Assembly (NCBI GenBank): GCA_976226885.1
Contig: OZ320315.1
Span: 73,346,001 to 73,410,000, forward strand
Source: Iphione sp. A-MEVVRFRX5
Lineage: Eukaryota
Direction of reading: 5' to 3'
Length of the DNA stretch: 64,000 nucleotides
The notes under the pieces are model-generated. The model did not search any database and was not told where the DNA came from. It saw only the letters and a list, made by a program, of their open reading frames with translations. The position numbers and the translations under genes are program-made. This document shows positions 35,071 to 49,900 of this stretch, in pieces (the stretch's first letter is position 1; each line of letters opens with the position of its first letter).

Positions 35071-37831
35071 CTGGTTGCCTGATATAAGAAAGGTTTAGCC
35101 CTGTGCAACCAGTAGACCACTTTGTTAAGTTTTTTTATTTTGTTGTCAATTGAAATCTTAAACCTTAATTGGTCATCTAGCCAGTAGCCCAGGAATTTGA
35201 AGCTTCTGACCTTTGCCACCATACCATCTCCTAGCTTTAGCCCTAACTCAAAGCTTACCGCCTTTTCAAAATTTAAGTATTTACACTTATCCAGGTTCAG
35301 GGTTAATCCATTTGTTCCACACCACTTGGCTACTCTGCTCAGGAAATGTTGGGCCTTTCTTTATAGGGCCCAGGCACTAGTCCCCCATAATCAAATTGTG
35401 ATGTCATCTGAGTACATAAACACTTTTGACGGAAAGTATTTTATAGTAATTTTAAAGTATTTTAAGGAGAGGTATTTTATTAAAATCAAATCATTAGAAC
35501 GTAGCTTACTATACATTTGTTACTTAGGACGGTTATTGACACTACAAATAAAAGGAAAAAAGTGTATGTGCCACTGAGGTTATCATTTTGGAAACTATTA
35601 TGAAAAATATTATGGGAACTATTAAACGGCTCATAAGAATATGCAGAGCCTCCTAATTTTCACACACTCTTCATGTCTGGAGTATTTCTGATTATTTACA
35701 ACCATTAAAGTAAAATTGAAATATTGTACTAATTTTTCAGGTGTAAAGGTCATTGAATGATTCTATAAGCTCAAGATTCTATGATCTAAATTTGCAAAAA
35801 CAGCTTTGATACGCCTTTCTGTACATGTGACGAAGCAAAAGTGGCTGGATTCTTTGCAAGACTACTATAACCACATTATTTCCACGTACACAAACACACG
35901 CAAGCATATACAAAGATCGAATGCCTTGGTATATCGCAATGATCCTGTCTCCCTATTATGGCTGGATGCCAAATTCGTCTTTGGGATACAAAGGGTTACA
36001 CATGTATAAAATCAATAGTATTTCAAAAGCATTGTACAATCAACAAAACCATTTGTGAAATCATTTGGTCGAAATTTTTGTCAACCCCATTGGTTGGTTG
36101 TATACTATCTGACTTAATCTGTGCGTTAATGCATTTCCCTTGCATTTGCATTATATTGAGGTAATCCAATTCAGCCCTTTTTTGACATGCGAATGCACAG
36201 TAGTGTCCTTTTATTTTCATTTGTACTGCGCTGTGTTTTGTTGCAATGCAGGTTAGAATATTTGTGAACATAAGAAGTAAAGGTGACAGTGAAAGAATCA
36301 TGCTAGGAAAAACTGCCCAACGGTGTAATATTTCATGAAAGAATAACCCACTAAAAACATTACAACAGTACAAATGATGAAACAATGCACTACAATATAA
36401 AACTCATACCCTCCCGTACCCCGCGTGTGCTTTTGTGTGCATTTGTGTGAAATTCATGCACTCTGGTTGAAAGTAAACAAAATATAAGCAACACACCAAA
36501 GTAAGGTATGGAAACACGCTCAGTGACCTAAACCTGTTAGTGATTACATGTAATACACATGGAAGTTACTACGACAAGTCTGGAAACCTACCCTGTACCT
36601 GTGTGGGCTATTGTGCTTTTCTAATATAAAATCGATTCATCAACTGCCGTCGTTTGGAAATCAGAGTGATCCTGGCCAGTATGACCACTGCACTCTTTCT
36701 CGCATTGTTACTTGCACCTCTTAGCTGGTTGAGAGCTCAATGGTAGGGAGGTCTACTTAAATCAGACAGCAGTGCAAATGCACATGCAGTTATCCAGTCC
36801 CTATATAATTAAGGCCTTGAAGCTACAGTGGAATATCAATACCTCAAGGTTGTCCTTGGAGGGGTGGAGTAGAAAGTAGATCTAATCAAGATGCCGAAGG
36901 CTGTTCACATTGTCTTCTCCGTCAGTTACTGAAGAAACTGCGTATACTGACAAATGACAGCAGATGGCGCTTAGCCCGGCCTGAGGAGAGGCTCCTATTT
37001 TCCCAGAGGATGTTGAAGGGAATAGTGAGAACAAGGTAGATAGCAGTATATCTCTGACATGACTGATGAAGGGTAATTAGAGATGTCTTATATCTTAAAA
37101 AAATACTCACGGTCTAAAGAGAGCACGGACCTTGCAGACATCTCTTGAGACTGAATAGGAGACCAACCATTAGAATTTTGGGGGGGAAAGATCGAGACCA
37201 ATGTCCCTTTACATAGGGAGAGAAGTCGTTACAATGTTCTCCACTGGCAGCACTTTCCTTGAAGAATACCGAAGCCCGTAATTTTTAGTCAGCGCTAGAA
37301 TATACCGTTTCAGGAGCTCAGTAGATATGACAACCAAATAGAACCTTTAATGAGAACTTCTTTAGAATATTTTGTGTCGTGTTTGGAATGTTATCAAATC
37401 CTAAAGCATTTGTAAGTATTAGGAATTAGTTATTAGCAAAAAATACTAATAGTAATTTTGTTTGCAATGGATTCTTTGTGCTGGTTCTCAAACGTACGTT
37501 CCTTCCAGTTATGGGTTCAACAAATCTGTTATTTCTTTAGCAGTAAACGTGGACCAAAACTGTATCGAGTGCCCAGTAATAGGGAATAAATACTGCTTTA
37601 GATTCCACATTTTCCTGTCCTATGTGAATGCACTTTCGCTTGCATAAGCAGGAAAGGTTAGTAGCAATACGTGTAAACGTAACATTTCCGTTACAAGCCA
37701 CTGAAGAACTGTAATTTGGCTTCTTTTTCCCTCTTCCTTCTAACGAGTACAATATTGGCGATGCAATATTTAAAGTAAAATAATCTTATCTTAATGAATA
37801 AAACTGTGTAACACAGTTGTATCATTTGGCG

Positions 37832-38040
37832 TAAACCAAAAAAAATGTGTTTCCAGTAGCCCGACCGACCCTATATTAGAGAAAATTGTGACTTTTTATT
37901 TATTTCTTGTTTTTTTAATAACTTTACAACGAATAATGTTTTTAACATTGAAAAAAATAGAAAATAAATAATGGACCTAGCAACCGATCCTATATATTTT
38001 CAGCATGTTACCTGAAACACAGATATTTTTTTTAGGCCTT
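37832..38040. mobile_element. Short MITE-like element with imperfect TIRs
   Basis: Left ...AAAAAAAATGTGTTTCCAGTAGC versus right (reverse complement) AAGGCCTAAAAAAAATATCTGTGTTTCAGGTAACATGC; internal CCGACCGACCCTA. Related ends at 45197 and 60070. Confidence 0.6.
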
Positions 38041-41000
38041 ATCAGACATAAATACACTATCAAGTAAGTTTGGTATAGGTTGCTTATAGCACAGTGCGAA
38101 AGGTAAAAGCAGTAATATCTACGTGTATGGCAAACAGAGCAGGTGAACACAACTCAAGACAACACAGGTTTCCAAGTTAGTTGATCCTCTTTATTATGGA
38201 CAGTAGGCACTTACAGGTGGTAGCAGCAGAACTCTCTGAAATGTGCAGAGAAATCAAGACATTATATATGAATAGTTCATGACCCTATGAAGGGAGTTCA
38301 AAACTCTATAGTCATAGTTTGTAACCTTAAGCACAAAGTTCATGACATATTGCAACCTTAGGTCATATTTTACTTGACCTTTGACCTGGGTGCATGCCCT
38401 GAGTCATGACCAGTCATTTTTCGAATTAACCCCTGGTCCTACCCTAGCACCTTGTTGTGATAGATGTGAAAGCTGGCAATGCCTATCTTGGAAGTGCCTA
38501 GAAACCTCTGCTCCAATGTTGCATTTTTTTTAGGCTAACCTGTCACTTTTCATGTTTTACAAATGTCTACTGGTGTGTGTGGACTACCAATGTCCAGACT
38601 ATCAGAGGCGCCACTTCGTAACATGACACACCTGTTGTCTCGGACAACGCTCCACATTTATGAACTTATATCTGTACACTATACAAGAGAACCCTCATCC
38701 TTTACTTTGCCATTGAAACATATAACAATTATGAATTCCATAATTATTGAGACATTTGACATGGACACATGATTATGTCCACAATGTCTACAAAACTTAT
38801 TGTTCACAAAATTATATTTAATGTCCGCAAAACCTATTTGTCTGCAATATAGTGTCCATATGTCTGAATGTCTGTTTATTAACACACTGTGTTACACAGG
38901 ATCCTATTTGTATGCATGCAGCTCCTTTTTGTTTTTATATGCTGTAGCAGTGTATGGTTCAGTATCTTACAACCAATAAATAAAACTGCTTCACGTGCAT
39001 TTGGGGACCAGTTGATGGGAACATATAGGCTTTGACATGAATTTTGTTAGTGTCTGGACATAATGGACACCTGATCCTACTAGATCATCTTCTTAAATTA
39101 TTTTAAACGTTTTCCTTCCACTGGAGAATTTGTACAATAGTATGTATACTTGTACAATAGTCTCTTCAAGATAACACCATGCCTCTACCTCTTGTCATTT
39201 GATTGAAAAAATGGTCTATATCAAGGGTTTAAATATCAGAGTGTAACTGATGTCAATTGTAATGCACTATAAAAACATAAATGGCAGCTGCATTCTTCGG
39301 TTTGCTCCTACTTTGTGCCACTGTATGATTTTTGCTACAATAGAGACCAATTACAATGGACCTTGAGTAATTCTGCATTGTACTTTGATTCAACAGAAGC
39401 ACACATGAGAAAAAGGATAATGAGCTAATTAAGACTAGTTTGTCTTTAGAAAAATGAGAGCCTCGATCTGATCATACGTTGTCATCAATGACGTTAAACT
39501 TTAATACATATCAAGATCTTAAAAATCTTACCTTACTAAGAAGTCTGTAAACCAAACCAAAATTAGCACTTTCTCGTGCAAGCGTAAGATGAAATTGCCA
39601 CAAAACTGGCGTGGGCTTTAAGACGGTTTGTCTATGATGTAGACAGATTCAGCCAAAACACTGCTTAAGGAGAACATCCAAACATCCGTTGTTCTATACT
39701 AATGTCGCTGTCCTGTATAGTGAAGGAAAACGTAACTTGTCACAGGTCTGAATAGATATACACATATATTGAGTTACAGGAGTTTTCCAGAAACAGAAGC
39801 CTATTTACAAAATTGTACGTCTGTGAACAGAAATACATCTTCCCTACTATTCGTATAGACCAATTTATTTTGGTTATAATCTGTATTCGATATCATTTGC
39901 ACGGATTTCGCAAAAGAAAACCCTGCAACATAACCAACGACAGGAATCTATAATTTTTATCTAAGTCAGCGCTTGACGTGCAATCACAGATTAACAAGCC
40001 CAACCACCTGCTCGGACCCAGGTCATACAATCCTTCTCACTAGAAAGATTGCTTTTTCTTTTACGACAGTTCGATGGTTTTCCCAAATTATTGAACACCT
40101 ATCATCTTGAAACGAACCTTATCACAGAGAAAATGAACACAGATAAGACGCTGATTACTGTGCTTTTAGTAGAATTCCCGGGAAGGTCTATAATATTCTC
40201 CAATACACGTTTCTTACTATGATGTTTACGTCATTACGATCCCGTTTCCCCAAATTGGTACTGTAAATACCTCACCCCCACTTCGTTTGCCCCATCTTAT
40301 TCCGTGGAACCGATTACATGCAGGCAGCTGTGCAACCTCTGTTCAGCGGGCTTCGAGAATTTTACCCTAGTGGCATGTATTTTTTCGGTCCATCTGGGGT
40401 TGAATCAGGTCCGTTGTAATCCTCATTCATTTCCGGATTGCCTAAATCGGGTATAAGTTTTATTTTCAAATTGTTCATCCCAAGACTGTTTATATAGCCA
40501 TATTGCAGCAGAGTGAGACCTGCTAGATTATGTTACTTATGATCTCCTGTGGACTAGCATGCTGCAGGGTATGAAACTTTTGTGAGTGCGATCAACAGTG
40601 TGGTATTGAGGTGGCACTAAAGCAGAGAGTCTCTGTATTATTCCTCATTAACACTGTGATTTACACATTAGTCATAGGACCAAAGAGTGACAGCTCTGTA
40701 TGGAACTACATAAAAGATACAGATTAACAAAGATAGATACATAGAATAGACAGTCATGCATCATTCAAAACTTCTAACAGACTTAGTGCACGTGTTAGTG
40801 ATGAGAATGATACATATTCATGAAGTAAGGTCATCGTTTAGTAAAGTTAGGGCTATATATGCTCTGGGCTACTCACTCTCATTGTAGAAAGTGGGTATGA
40901 AGAGGTATTTACAGTATCAAACATCACTTAAATGTAGGATAATAAATTGTAATTTTGAGGAGATCGCAAGATTGTGTCTGTTAGAGTGATAGCAGAGGTT

Positions 41001-41399
41001 CTTCTGGAGGGGTGCTGTTTCTTATCCTCTGGTGGGAAACAAAAATGGCGATGTCAAGGAGAACAAAAATGGCGATATCAAGGAGCAGTCGCTGTTGACG
41101 AGGGCTGCCAATGGTGCCCTCACTGTTGACGGGGCCTGCCAATGGTGATCATTTGAGATCTGTTTAACAGCAAATATCAGTGAACGATACTATCGGAAAG
41201 GGTGGGGAAGCCTTTCGTGAACGTGATACGCCTGCCAAACTAAAATCAAAAAGGGGAAGGCGGTGTAAAAAAGGGCCCCCAGAGTTAAAGAATTAAAAAA
41301 AATACAATAGTTAAAGAACTTTTGATGAGAACACTGGGTTCTCTCAAGCTGAGCAAACATGACAATAAAAAATAAAATTAACGTCACTCGCTATTGAAA

Positions 41400-42400
41400 A
41401 CATCTTTAATTTACTATGGACGAACGAGTAAGGAAAGCTTTCCAGGACATCACTGCGGCAACACCACCATGAAGATTATCAAATTAGATTAACATTCGAA
41501 AAAATAACAACAATCTTTCACATGGGTTAGCGACCGCACGTGTCCATCGGGGAATGCATGTGGAGACCAGCAGTGATTCTTAATCCATTTTTCTTCATCA
41601 CCTGGCTCTCACTTATGCATCGCCACATAAGTGGGAACAACTATTTTTCATGTAAAATTTCGTCAAATGCCTGGAAAAATTCCAGGACGGAGATTTGCAC
41701 ACTAAGCCATCCCGTTTATGTCAAAACAGATGTCAATTGTTGTAGCAACAATCTTATCTACTTGATCACATGCAATACATGCGGGATCAACTATGTCGGA
41801 CAGACACAAAACAGCATCAAGAAAAGATTCAGTAGTCACAAACATGATATCAAGCATAAACTAGACAACACAGTGGCCGCACACTTTAACACATGTCCTG
41901 ATGCAAACCCGTCAGGTTGGGATGGTGTGCAAATCTCCGTCCTGGAATTTTTCCATTTGCCACCAACTTCTGACAATCGGTCAGCCAGAGAAAAGTTGGA
42001 ACAGAGATGGATCCATAGGCTACGGACTGTGATCCCTGAGAGTTTGAATACTTTGGACTGAAACCAGAATGTCCACGTAATCCACCATCACGTCCCTACT
42101 TGTTCTTTTCCTTTCCCGGCTACGTGACACATTCTAGCGGTGGGCCTGATAACATTAGTTGATGGACCGGGTCCGACCACGCTCGAACACCAGGGGATAT
42201 CTGCTATCAGCGGGTGGACTGCCAATCAAGGCTGACCTGGGATCTATATACTGGACAGGGAACAAGACATCTACCACTTCTAATACGTCCAGATGAATAC
42301 TCCTATACTGGACATACTAGTCATCATCATTAACCCTTACAGGACAATGCGATAAAAATATATTAGCACCTGATGAGACTATTCTGTCAGAACCACTTAT
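41400..42400 (+). pseudogene. Penelope (Neptune-type) 3' fragment: GIY-YIG plus decayed hammerhead
   Basis: NCCSNNLIYLITCNTCGINYVGQTQNSIKKRFSSHKHDI...VAAHFN...REKLEQRWIHRLRTVIPESLN (41540..42061); CTGATGA-GAC-TATTCT-GTC-AGAA at 42370..42392. Confidence 0.8.
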
Positions 42401-45196
42401 ACAGAGGAGTGTAATACACTGGAATACTCTATATAAAATATATTTAATTCCACTGACAGCCTTTCAATAACCATATTGATGTTATAAGGACAAAAACACT
42501 TCATTACACCCATCACCCAAATTGTTGATATCAACAAAATTGGTTCCTACCCAACCAGTTCTCCCACACATGATGCCTTAGCAATGTTGACATCACAATG
42601 CCCTCCTCCAATGATGTCACAATGGGTATAGAACAGATTTGAGCATAACAGCCAGTCTTGAACTGGCAAGTGGTCGCGCAACACCCACATACGTCGTCTA
42701 CATATATTTACAAATTGCAGACTTTCTAAGGTGGGAAATACGAAAAGTGAATTATAAATGCAATTAGAATAACACAAAATGCATCTGACATAGACGTGCT
42801 ATTTGATAAGATTTTACAATTAGAACACAATATGAATAAGGGTAAAGAAACAATACCACATACTAGGAGGCCATGGTCGTCGTTTCCAATCTGCATTCCC
42901 ACTCGTAAGTACTATGAATCAAATAAAATATTCGCACTTCACCGAGATAATATCAGGCAGGAGGATATTACACCATGTGTGCTGCGGGCATGGCTGAGCT
43001 GGAAATGGAAAGGTAGCGCACTATATATGGTGTCAATGCCAATCTTCGTAAGTAAGTATCTGATAAGGTTGTCAGCAAAGAGGTACGCAGTTAACATGCT
43101 TGAAAAAATGGCGAATTATTTTCCTTTCATGCCTGATGAATAAGACATATACAAATTCAATTTACCCCCGAAACAATAAACAGTTAAATTTGTAATCTGT
43201 CCAAAACTATATTGAGTGTAATAGTTCCTACGCGATTTATAAATTGCGTGCCTTTACATGTTCGCATTCCTATTTCCACACTACCATTAACCTAGGCAGA
43301 AGGGAAAATCATAATTTAAGACAGATGAGGTTGTCCCATTAGCAGTCTCCTACCGGAATGATACCCCAAAATCTTGATTGATATTGATTGCATACAGCGG
43401 TACCAATCACAAGCAATGCTAACTGGAATGACGTCGCGGATTAACCGCACAGTGCTTCCAAGGAGTTTGATGCATTTCATTAATGCAAACGTATACCACT
43501 TTAGCCTGTGGTAAAAAAACATAGAAACCTATCAGAGGCCACATTTCAAAACAAACAATTACAATATGACGAAACATTAAATGAATTTAAAGCAGAGCTG
43601 CCATCTTTTTTCTCTATACGCCTATATAGGATAGTGTACCAATAGTGTACTCATCGTCATAAGTTTTCCACATATTTGTTGTCTATTCATAACTATGTTT
43701 TTGGATGCATATCTGAGTTTTGGTTCATTCTTTAATTCGTGGTATTACTCTGAACGTGCGTCGCACTTACCTTTCCTCAGCATTAGCTGTCTCAAATGGG
43801 ATGTTGTTGTATTGAACGTTGTGATCATCTCTTTAATTTTGAAGCCTCGTAGAACAGATAAAATTAATTGTTTTAAAATATTTATTGTGATAAATTCGTC
43901 TTCATAAAGTAATTGTGATTAGTTGATTGGGCGAGCTGGTAGACAGTATGTAAGGAAGTCTTGTATATTTCTAGAAACAACGTGACTACTGAGCAAACAA
44001 AAAGAACTTTAGCACTGTGCTTTGATATCAGCCTCATTTTCAAGACTTGAAAAGCTTAATTATCTCAAACGGTATGAATATCTGCTCGGTGGGCAGGATA
44101 TCTATGGCATATTAGCACCTGAGCGGATTATGCTGCAATTCACTAGGCTTGTATAGGTAACTTAGTGTCACGGCTTGTATAGGCAACTTAGTGCCTATGC
44201 CTGCGCAGTGACACTGCGGCGATGCGCCTTAAAGCAAAGACTGGTATGGCATAGACTGCAAAGTACGGCTGAGTGCTAACGCCACGTAGCTCCAGGGGAC
44301 TAACCCCCTTCCGTCCTTTATCTCACGCTCATTGGCTAAGCATCTCTGCATCTAATGTCAGGAGATTACGTCAATCAGAAAGGCTATTTGAGGACAGTTT
44401 GATAAAAAAAACCCAGGCTCTCCACTGGGATATAACCTTAGCCGGTGAAGGCCTGGAATTCCATTCGCCTGCTGGTTGTCGTCGTTATAGCGCGTCAATT
44501 GAACTTTGTATTCATCGCCTCCACTTCAAATGATCAATACGCAGTGGGTGCTTTAGGACGCTGGAGTCTTTCTATCACTATACAGGGCCACCACTCTCTG
44601 AAGTTACCTTGCAAGGGAAAAATCCATCATACCGTCCTTTCACTCAGCCTATTCTGCCCGTCTGATATAATGGAGAAACTCTGACTAAGCCGTCAATGAA
44701 TAACCCCATAAAATCAGGTTTCATTGCAATAAATTAGCTTTTGCTTCTAGGAGAGGAGCGAGAGCTTTAGGCTATATGTGTTGAGTACGGCGTTGACGCC
44801 AAACATGCCTGCTGCACTGACATAGAGAATCTCCGGACATCCTCTTCTCGCCGTTCATCTGGCAGCCAAGTCCCACTCCCATCCCCGCCCCGTCCTCGAT
44901 GAGACAAGCTACAATTAGAGAAGAAAGAAGCTATCTCTCATCATGCTGAATTGGGCCAGTTATTGGTTGCCCAGATCAACCCGGACTTGTGTTCCTTTCT
45001 TGTTGCATGCAAGCTTGAATGGGCATTACGGTGACGGATGACTAGCCTGACATGGCACCAAGAGCTTATTAATGCAGCAGTGAATACGAACTTATTCACT
45101 GAGACAATCCTGTCTTTTCGTATTTCCTCTGGTGACTTAGCAGCATATCTGGAGTCTAATCTAAAAATATGAACCGTAACTCCTGTGAACATCAAT

Positions 45197-45270
45197 TAGG
45201 CCTAAAAAAATTCTGTGTTTCCGGTAACAAGCAAAATATATTATACAGGGTCGGTCGGTAGGTGGTATTT
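45197..45270. mobile_element. One end of the same MITE family as 37832..38040
   Basis: TAGGCCTAAAAAAATTCTGTGTTTCCGGTAACAAGC...GGGTCGGTCGGTAGG. Confidence 0.5.
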
Positions 45271-45997
45271 TTTTCATTTTGTCTTTTTTCCAATGTTGAA
45301 TGCCACTCAAAGTAACAAACGTATATGGTAAGATCAGTCCTCCTGCTTAGATTTTAATGAAATATACTTCACATGAAAGAAACGTATAGCATATTTTCTG
45401 TACAACATAAAGTTAAGGGAAAGAGATGACTAAAGCTATAAGGCAATTGGCAGATGCCTAGTTCAAATAACTGCTGATGATATTAAATGGAATAGAGTTG
45501 TATATGACCTGAACAGCATTTTCCCATGCCTGAGTGGGTATTTTTCGAGGAACACGCAAATGAAACAATGTCTGCACACAAAGGTCTGCTGTAAACAATG
45601 CTACTTTTGACTATTGCATGTTGTATGGTTATGATTGCTTTTTTTGCAATTCGAATTTTTTTCGGATAGTGTAGGATGCTTGTGCCTGTGATGAGCTCAT
45701 ATAAAATCATCGATTTCACCCCTTCATAAGTACCACCTTTCCCCTTTTCGAACTAATCCATTGGAGAGGAATCTATACTGTTTACAGGTCGTATCCTCTT
45801 ACTTCGGACCTGTTCTTTACCAGTCTATCCGTATTTCGGTCTACTCTGCTTGCGATATTATAGGTCTTCCGTTGGTTACGGGATTTATACAATCACACGA
45901 TATAAAAATACATCACCAACGCCGAAAGATCGCACCTATGACGGTAACCAACAGATAGATGTCGGATAGTGGCATAGTTATTATTAATACACAAAAA

Positions 45998-46177
45998 GAA
46001 ATCGCTCTGGAAATGGCTGGTTGAATGAAAACTGTTCTCTTATCTTCAGACTTTCACTCTTAGATTCCACTTTTCAAAGATTTTCTGAAATCGCTCTCGA
46101 AATGGCTGGTTGAATGAAAACTATTTTCTTGATTTCAGACTTTCACTCTTAGATTCCATTTTCAAAGATTTTCTGAG
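45998..46177. repeat. 89-bp tandem duplication
   Basis: GAAATCGCTCT(G/C)GAAATGGCTGGTTGAATGAAAACT...CAGACTTTCACTCTTAGATTCCA...AAAGATTTTCTGA starting at 45998 and 46087. Confidence 0.85.
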
Positions 46178-46189
46178 AATTCATATTTT

Positions 46190-46920
46190 TCATTAACCAT
46201 TCAGGCTTAGCTGCGAATGTGGAAACTTGTTCAATATTCCGATAAGCATACTCATTTCAGCGTGAATGCTGTGCCATAAAAACACGATTGGCCCACAATT
46301 ACATGACAGCATTGGACATTCATACACGGCCTGTATGAATAACGTGAAGCATTTGGATTGTCTACTGACCTCATTTGAAAATGTAATACTTTTTTGTGCT
46401 GAAAGTAACATTCGGTGATTGATGGAGTTCGAAATGTCTTCAGGACTGCCCCAGTTGCATGACAGTGGATCGTTTATGAAACATTTTCCCGACATGTTAG
46501 TTGTCTTAGATGATGGTGCTTTTTGTTCAGCCTTTTTGTAATGGGCGTTTTCTTTGGGGTGAATTTAATCAATGCTTATAAAAGTGTCTTTATTGTTTGT
46601 CGGGCCAAGGTATAAAACATTATGGACAGTCCCAACCTTCCTCGTCCACATCAACTGATAAAAGTCTTGAAAGGCAGTGATAACCGTGGAAGAACCGTGT
46701 CCTTCTAACATGGGAACGTTCTTAATACATGTATAATGCGTATTGCTGAACAGCTCTGCTAACGGCAATCTCAAAACGGCACATACATGTCACAAGGTAA
46801 ATGAATATTGGGCCTTTATTTGTAGATGAATTTGAATCCATATTGCTAGATAACCATGTATTCGAAGCAGAACGGCCATCTGATGTTAGGGTCCATTTCA
46901 CACCTCCTTTTGACATTAAG
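46190..46920 (-). pseudogene. Heavily decayed hAT (ZMYM1/TTF-finger-type) transposase relic
   Basis: Fragments GRSASNTWL...IYLVTCMCRF (TTF-finger-like), LEGHGSS, GSPEDISNSI (SxxIQNELI-like) and SKCFTLF occur in the expected order. Confidence 0.35.
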
Positions 46921-49900
46921 TTAACTGGGTGAGCTTTTTCAATTCAACGAAGGAGCATCTCAGCACGTTCTGAAATTACGTTAAGTATAGTCCCTCTGCC
47001 TCTGAGTACTGAAGGCGTATGTATGAATTGAGGGTCGAGTTGATGCCCCCTGTAGCCAAGTACCACAAATCCAACTTCCCATAAATTAAAAATCATATCA
47101 AAGAGTCATCAGATACAAGAAGTAGAACAAAATAAATATATAGGGTCGTAACGAATTGCACTTTTAAACAGCACTCTAAACTATTGCAGAACAAAATACG
47201 CCGTTGTACCTTTTCTCAAATTCAGTGGTTCTCTCATGCTACGCAGTACGAAATTGGTGTCAAAATCATCAGGACCTTCTTTTAACAATTGTTAGCAATG
47301 ACCACTTAATGCAAAATGCATAGAGAGAGATTCAATAAAGAGTTACACAGAGTAAATTTCCGCGCCAGCGCCGGCTGTATGTCGGTGAGACTATCTGTAC
47401 ACATGCGTGTAAGTGCAGGTAAATATGGGAATGTTTTTAATAACAATTACATTTTATTGCATAGCGTACAGATATAGAAATATACGGTGACAGTGTACTA
47501 TAGTAGGAGTCATAATCTAGAAAAATGTGAGTTCGAAAAAGCATACCATATTGGTCATAGCAAGAACGAAGTGATTTAATCAACAGTCAATAAGAATGCA
47601 TTAGCCCCTTGCTTTGTGTAACAAACAATGCATGATTCTCACTAATTGTAGCAGCCTACGACTATGTGTTTTTTTCTCTTTCAGACAAGACACGCCATTC
47701 TTTAATGTACACAGTAACAGCAAGTCTACTGCAACATTTGCCTATCCTACTGACATGTCCTGCAGTGTAAATCCTCTCTTAACTGCTATTTGTTAGAAAA
47801 TAACTTTTCCATACCTAATTCACGTGCAAACGAAGGTACTGAAAAGATAAAAGGGCATCCAAGAACACGTCCACCGGAGAACAGCTATATGAAAACGTGG
47901 TGAATGTTGTCATAGCAACAACAAATACAGAGAGGCTGAGCTCTCACGCTGACAATCTCTACCATTAGTCCCTGATGATCACCAACACCACGCCTGGTTC
48001 TCCTCCCGGCCGTTTGCCACCCCATCCTTCAGGGTGTCCAGCCTCTGGCTAGGTGTCACGGTAACTGCTAAGTATCATTACTGCCCAGCAGTCGAGAGTG
48101 ATGTCACTGTCACATGCTGGCTAATAAATTGCTCCCGCTCCGAGCACTTAGAGACGGTTGCACCGCTCTTAGCGGACTGGTGGCACTTTTAAAAACGCCC
48201 TGACGCAAAGAGGCCATTTTGGGGCCAGTTTAAGGACGGTGCGGGCGTGACATCAATGTATAATGGTTTGATCTCACTTCGGGACTTTCTGTCGTTTTCA
48301 TTCCGAGGCTCACGTGGCAGGAGACGGCCTTCCAGCTGCCTGCCTGCCCCGTTTACACTTTTAGCCCGGCTACACACTTCATCATGAGACTGCTTAATGA
48401 AGTCGTCCTTTTTGCCACCGGGAAGGCTTCTCCTGTGTGGTGTGATTAGCCAGATAAAACAGTGCGTTCCCTTTCCATCTTGCCGCTTATCTGCCCTCCG
48501 TTTGATCATGTTTCGAGCGAGTTGCTCTTCAACACTAGTTCTGCTCTTTTATCCTTTTGGCCTATGTTTACCGCATTAAAGGACATACAGGTAATTGTCT
48601 AATTATGTGATATGTCAGGTGCCTGGGTCAAAATGTGCCGGGATCGATGTTGCTTCAATGTAATAAGCGCACGCATTCATTGGCCCTTAGTTCGGATAAT
48701 TACATTGGCTAAGGAAGATTTGTGTAAATGCGGCTGAGAAGTCTGTCGAAAAAGAGTCGTAATTATGATTATGGTGGAGTTTCACCAGTACGATGACCCA
48801 TGGGACAGGCCGTAAATAATCATTTTGTGAAACCAAAGCGGTACTAAAATCACAAAATATAGATGTCATTGTATATGGTCCAACAATGTGATCTTTGTTG
48901 TTTCGTTGTGAAGAATCTATTTATTGTGGAATGCCTTTATGTATTGAATAGTATTATCTGACTTTAATCTGGTTTGAAGATTAAAATGCATAGTATTGAA
49001 CGCGATCGACAACTCCATTGACAATAATAAAGACAAATTACACGTCGTGAGAATACCATAGCACACAAACAATCCTCTTCTAATATTATACCAAGTCAAC
49101 ATTGTATCTAGATTTTGGTAAAGGAATTTTCAAGGTTCAGTGCATATACTGCCTTAACTTGTCATAAATAACCAGCACTATCAGCTAGCTAAGGTACTCA
49201 GATAGAATCCAGACTCTCCTGGTTACAATAAAGCCCTGAGGGCGGTGGTAAAGCAAGCCAACTAATTTAGGCGATAAACGAACTCTTAACCATCTTCATT
49301 ATGTTCTCATGCCTACAAAACACACACCTTCTCCAACTCTTTCTTCATCTGATCAGAAGATGGATAAACCTCGACCACCTTCTGAGATTCCTCAACTACG
49401 AGACGCAGGAACCGATCTTGCGGACCCCTTGGTCATAGTGTATGAGGTCACGTGGTGGCCTATTCTCTCCTTCACAAGACGTTGAGATTATCTGATCATC
49501 CGGAGGTGACCCAACATGCTTTCCAGACACACGTTTCAACAGCTGTTGATTTTACCTATTTTGCCTGGAGAGAAATACAGGAGAAATAGTCCATTCCATA
49601 CCGGACCAACCATTGTTGCTGGGAGACTACATCAGAATCTTTTGTTCATTGATATAGAATCACTTATATAACCCACCCAGACACCCCCGTGAGGCAATTG
49701 TGCTCAACCTATCCGACCTGTGGAACTCTCCTTGAACCTAACCCCATATATATAGCTGATATATATCTCTTTGTAGTCCATGCCTGTTTTCAGCCCTTTC
49801 AGTGCAGCATTTATCATCACGGCTACATATATATTTGATGACATTCTGCAGATATCAGGCACTCGAACGTCGCATGTGAACCTACCTGGGGTTTCATTGA

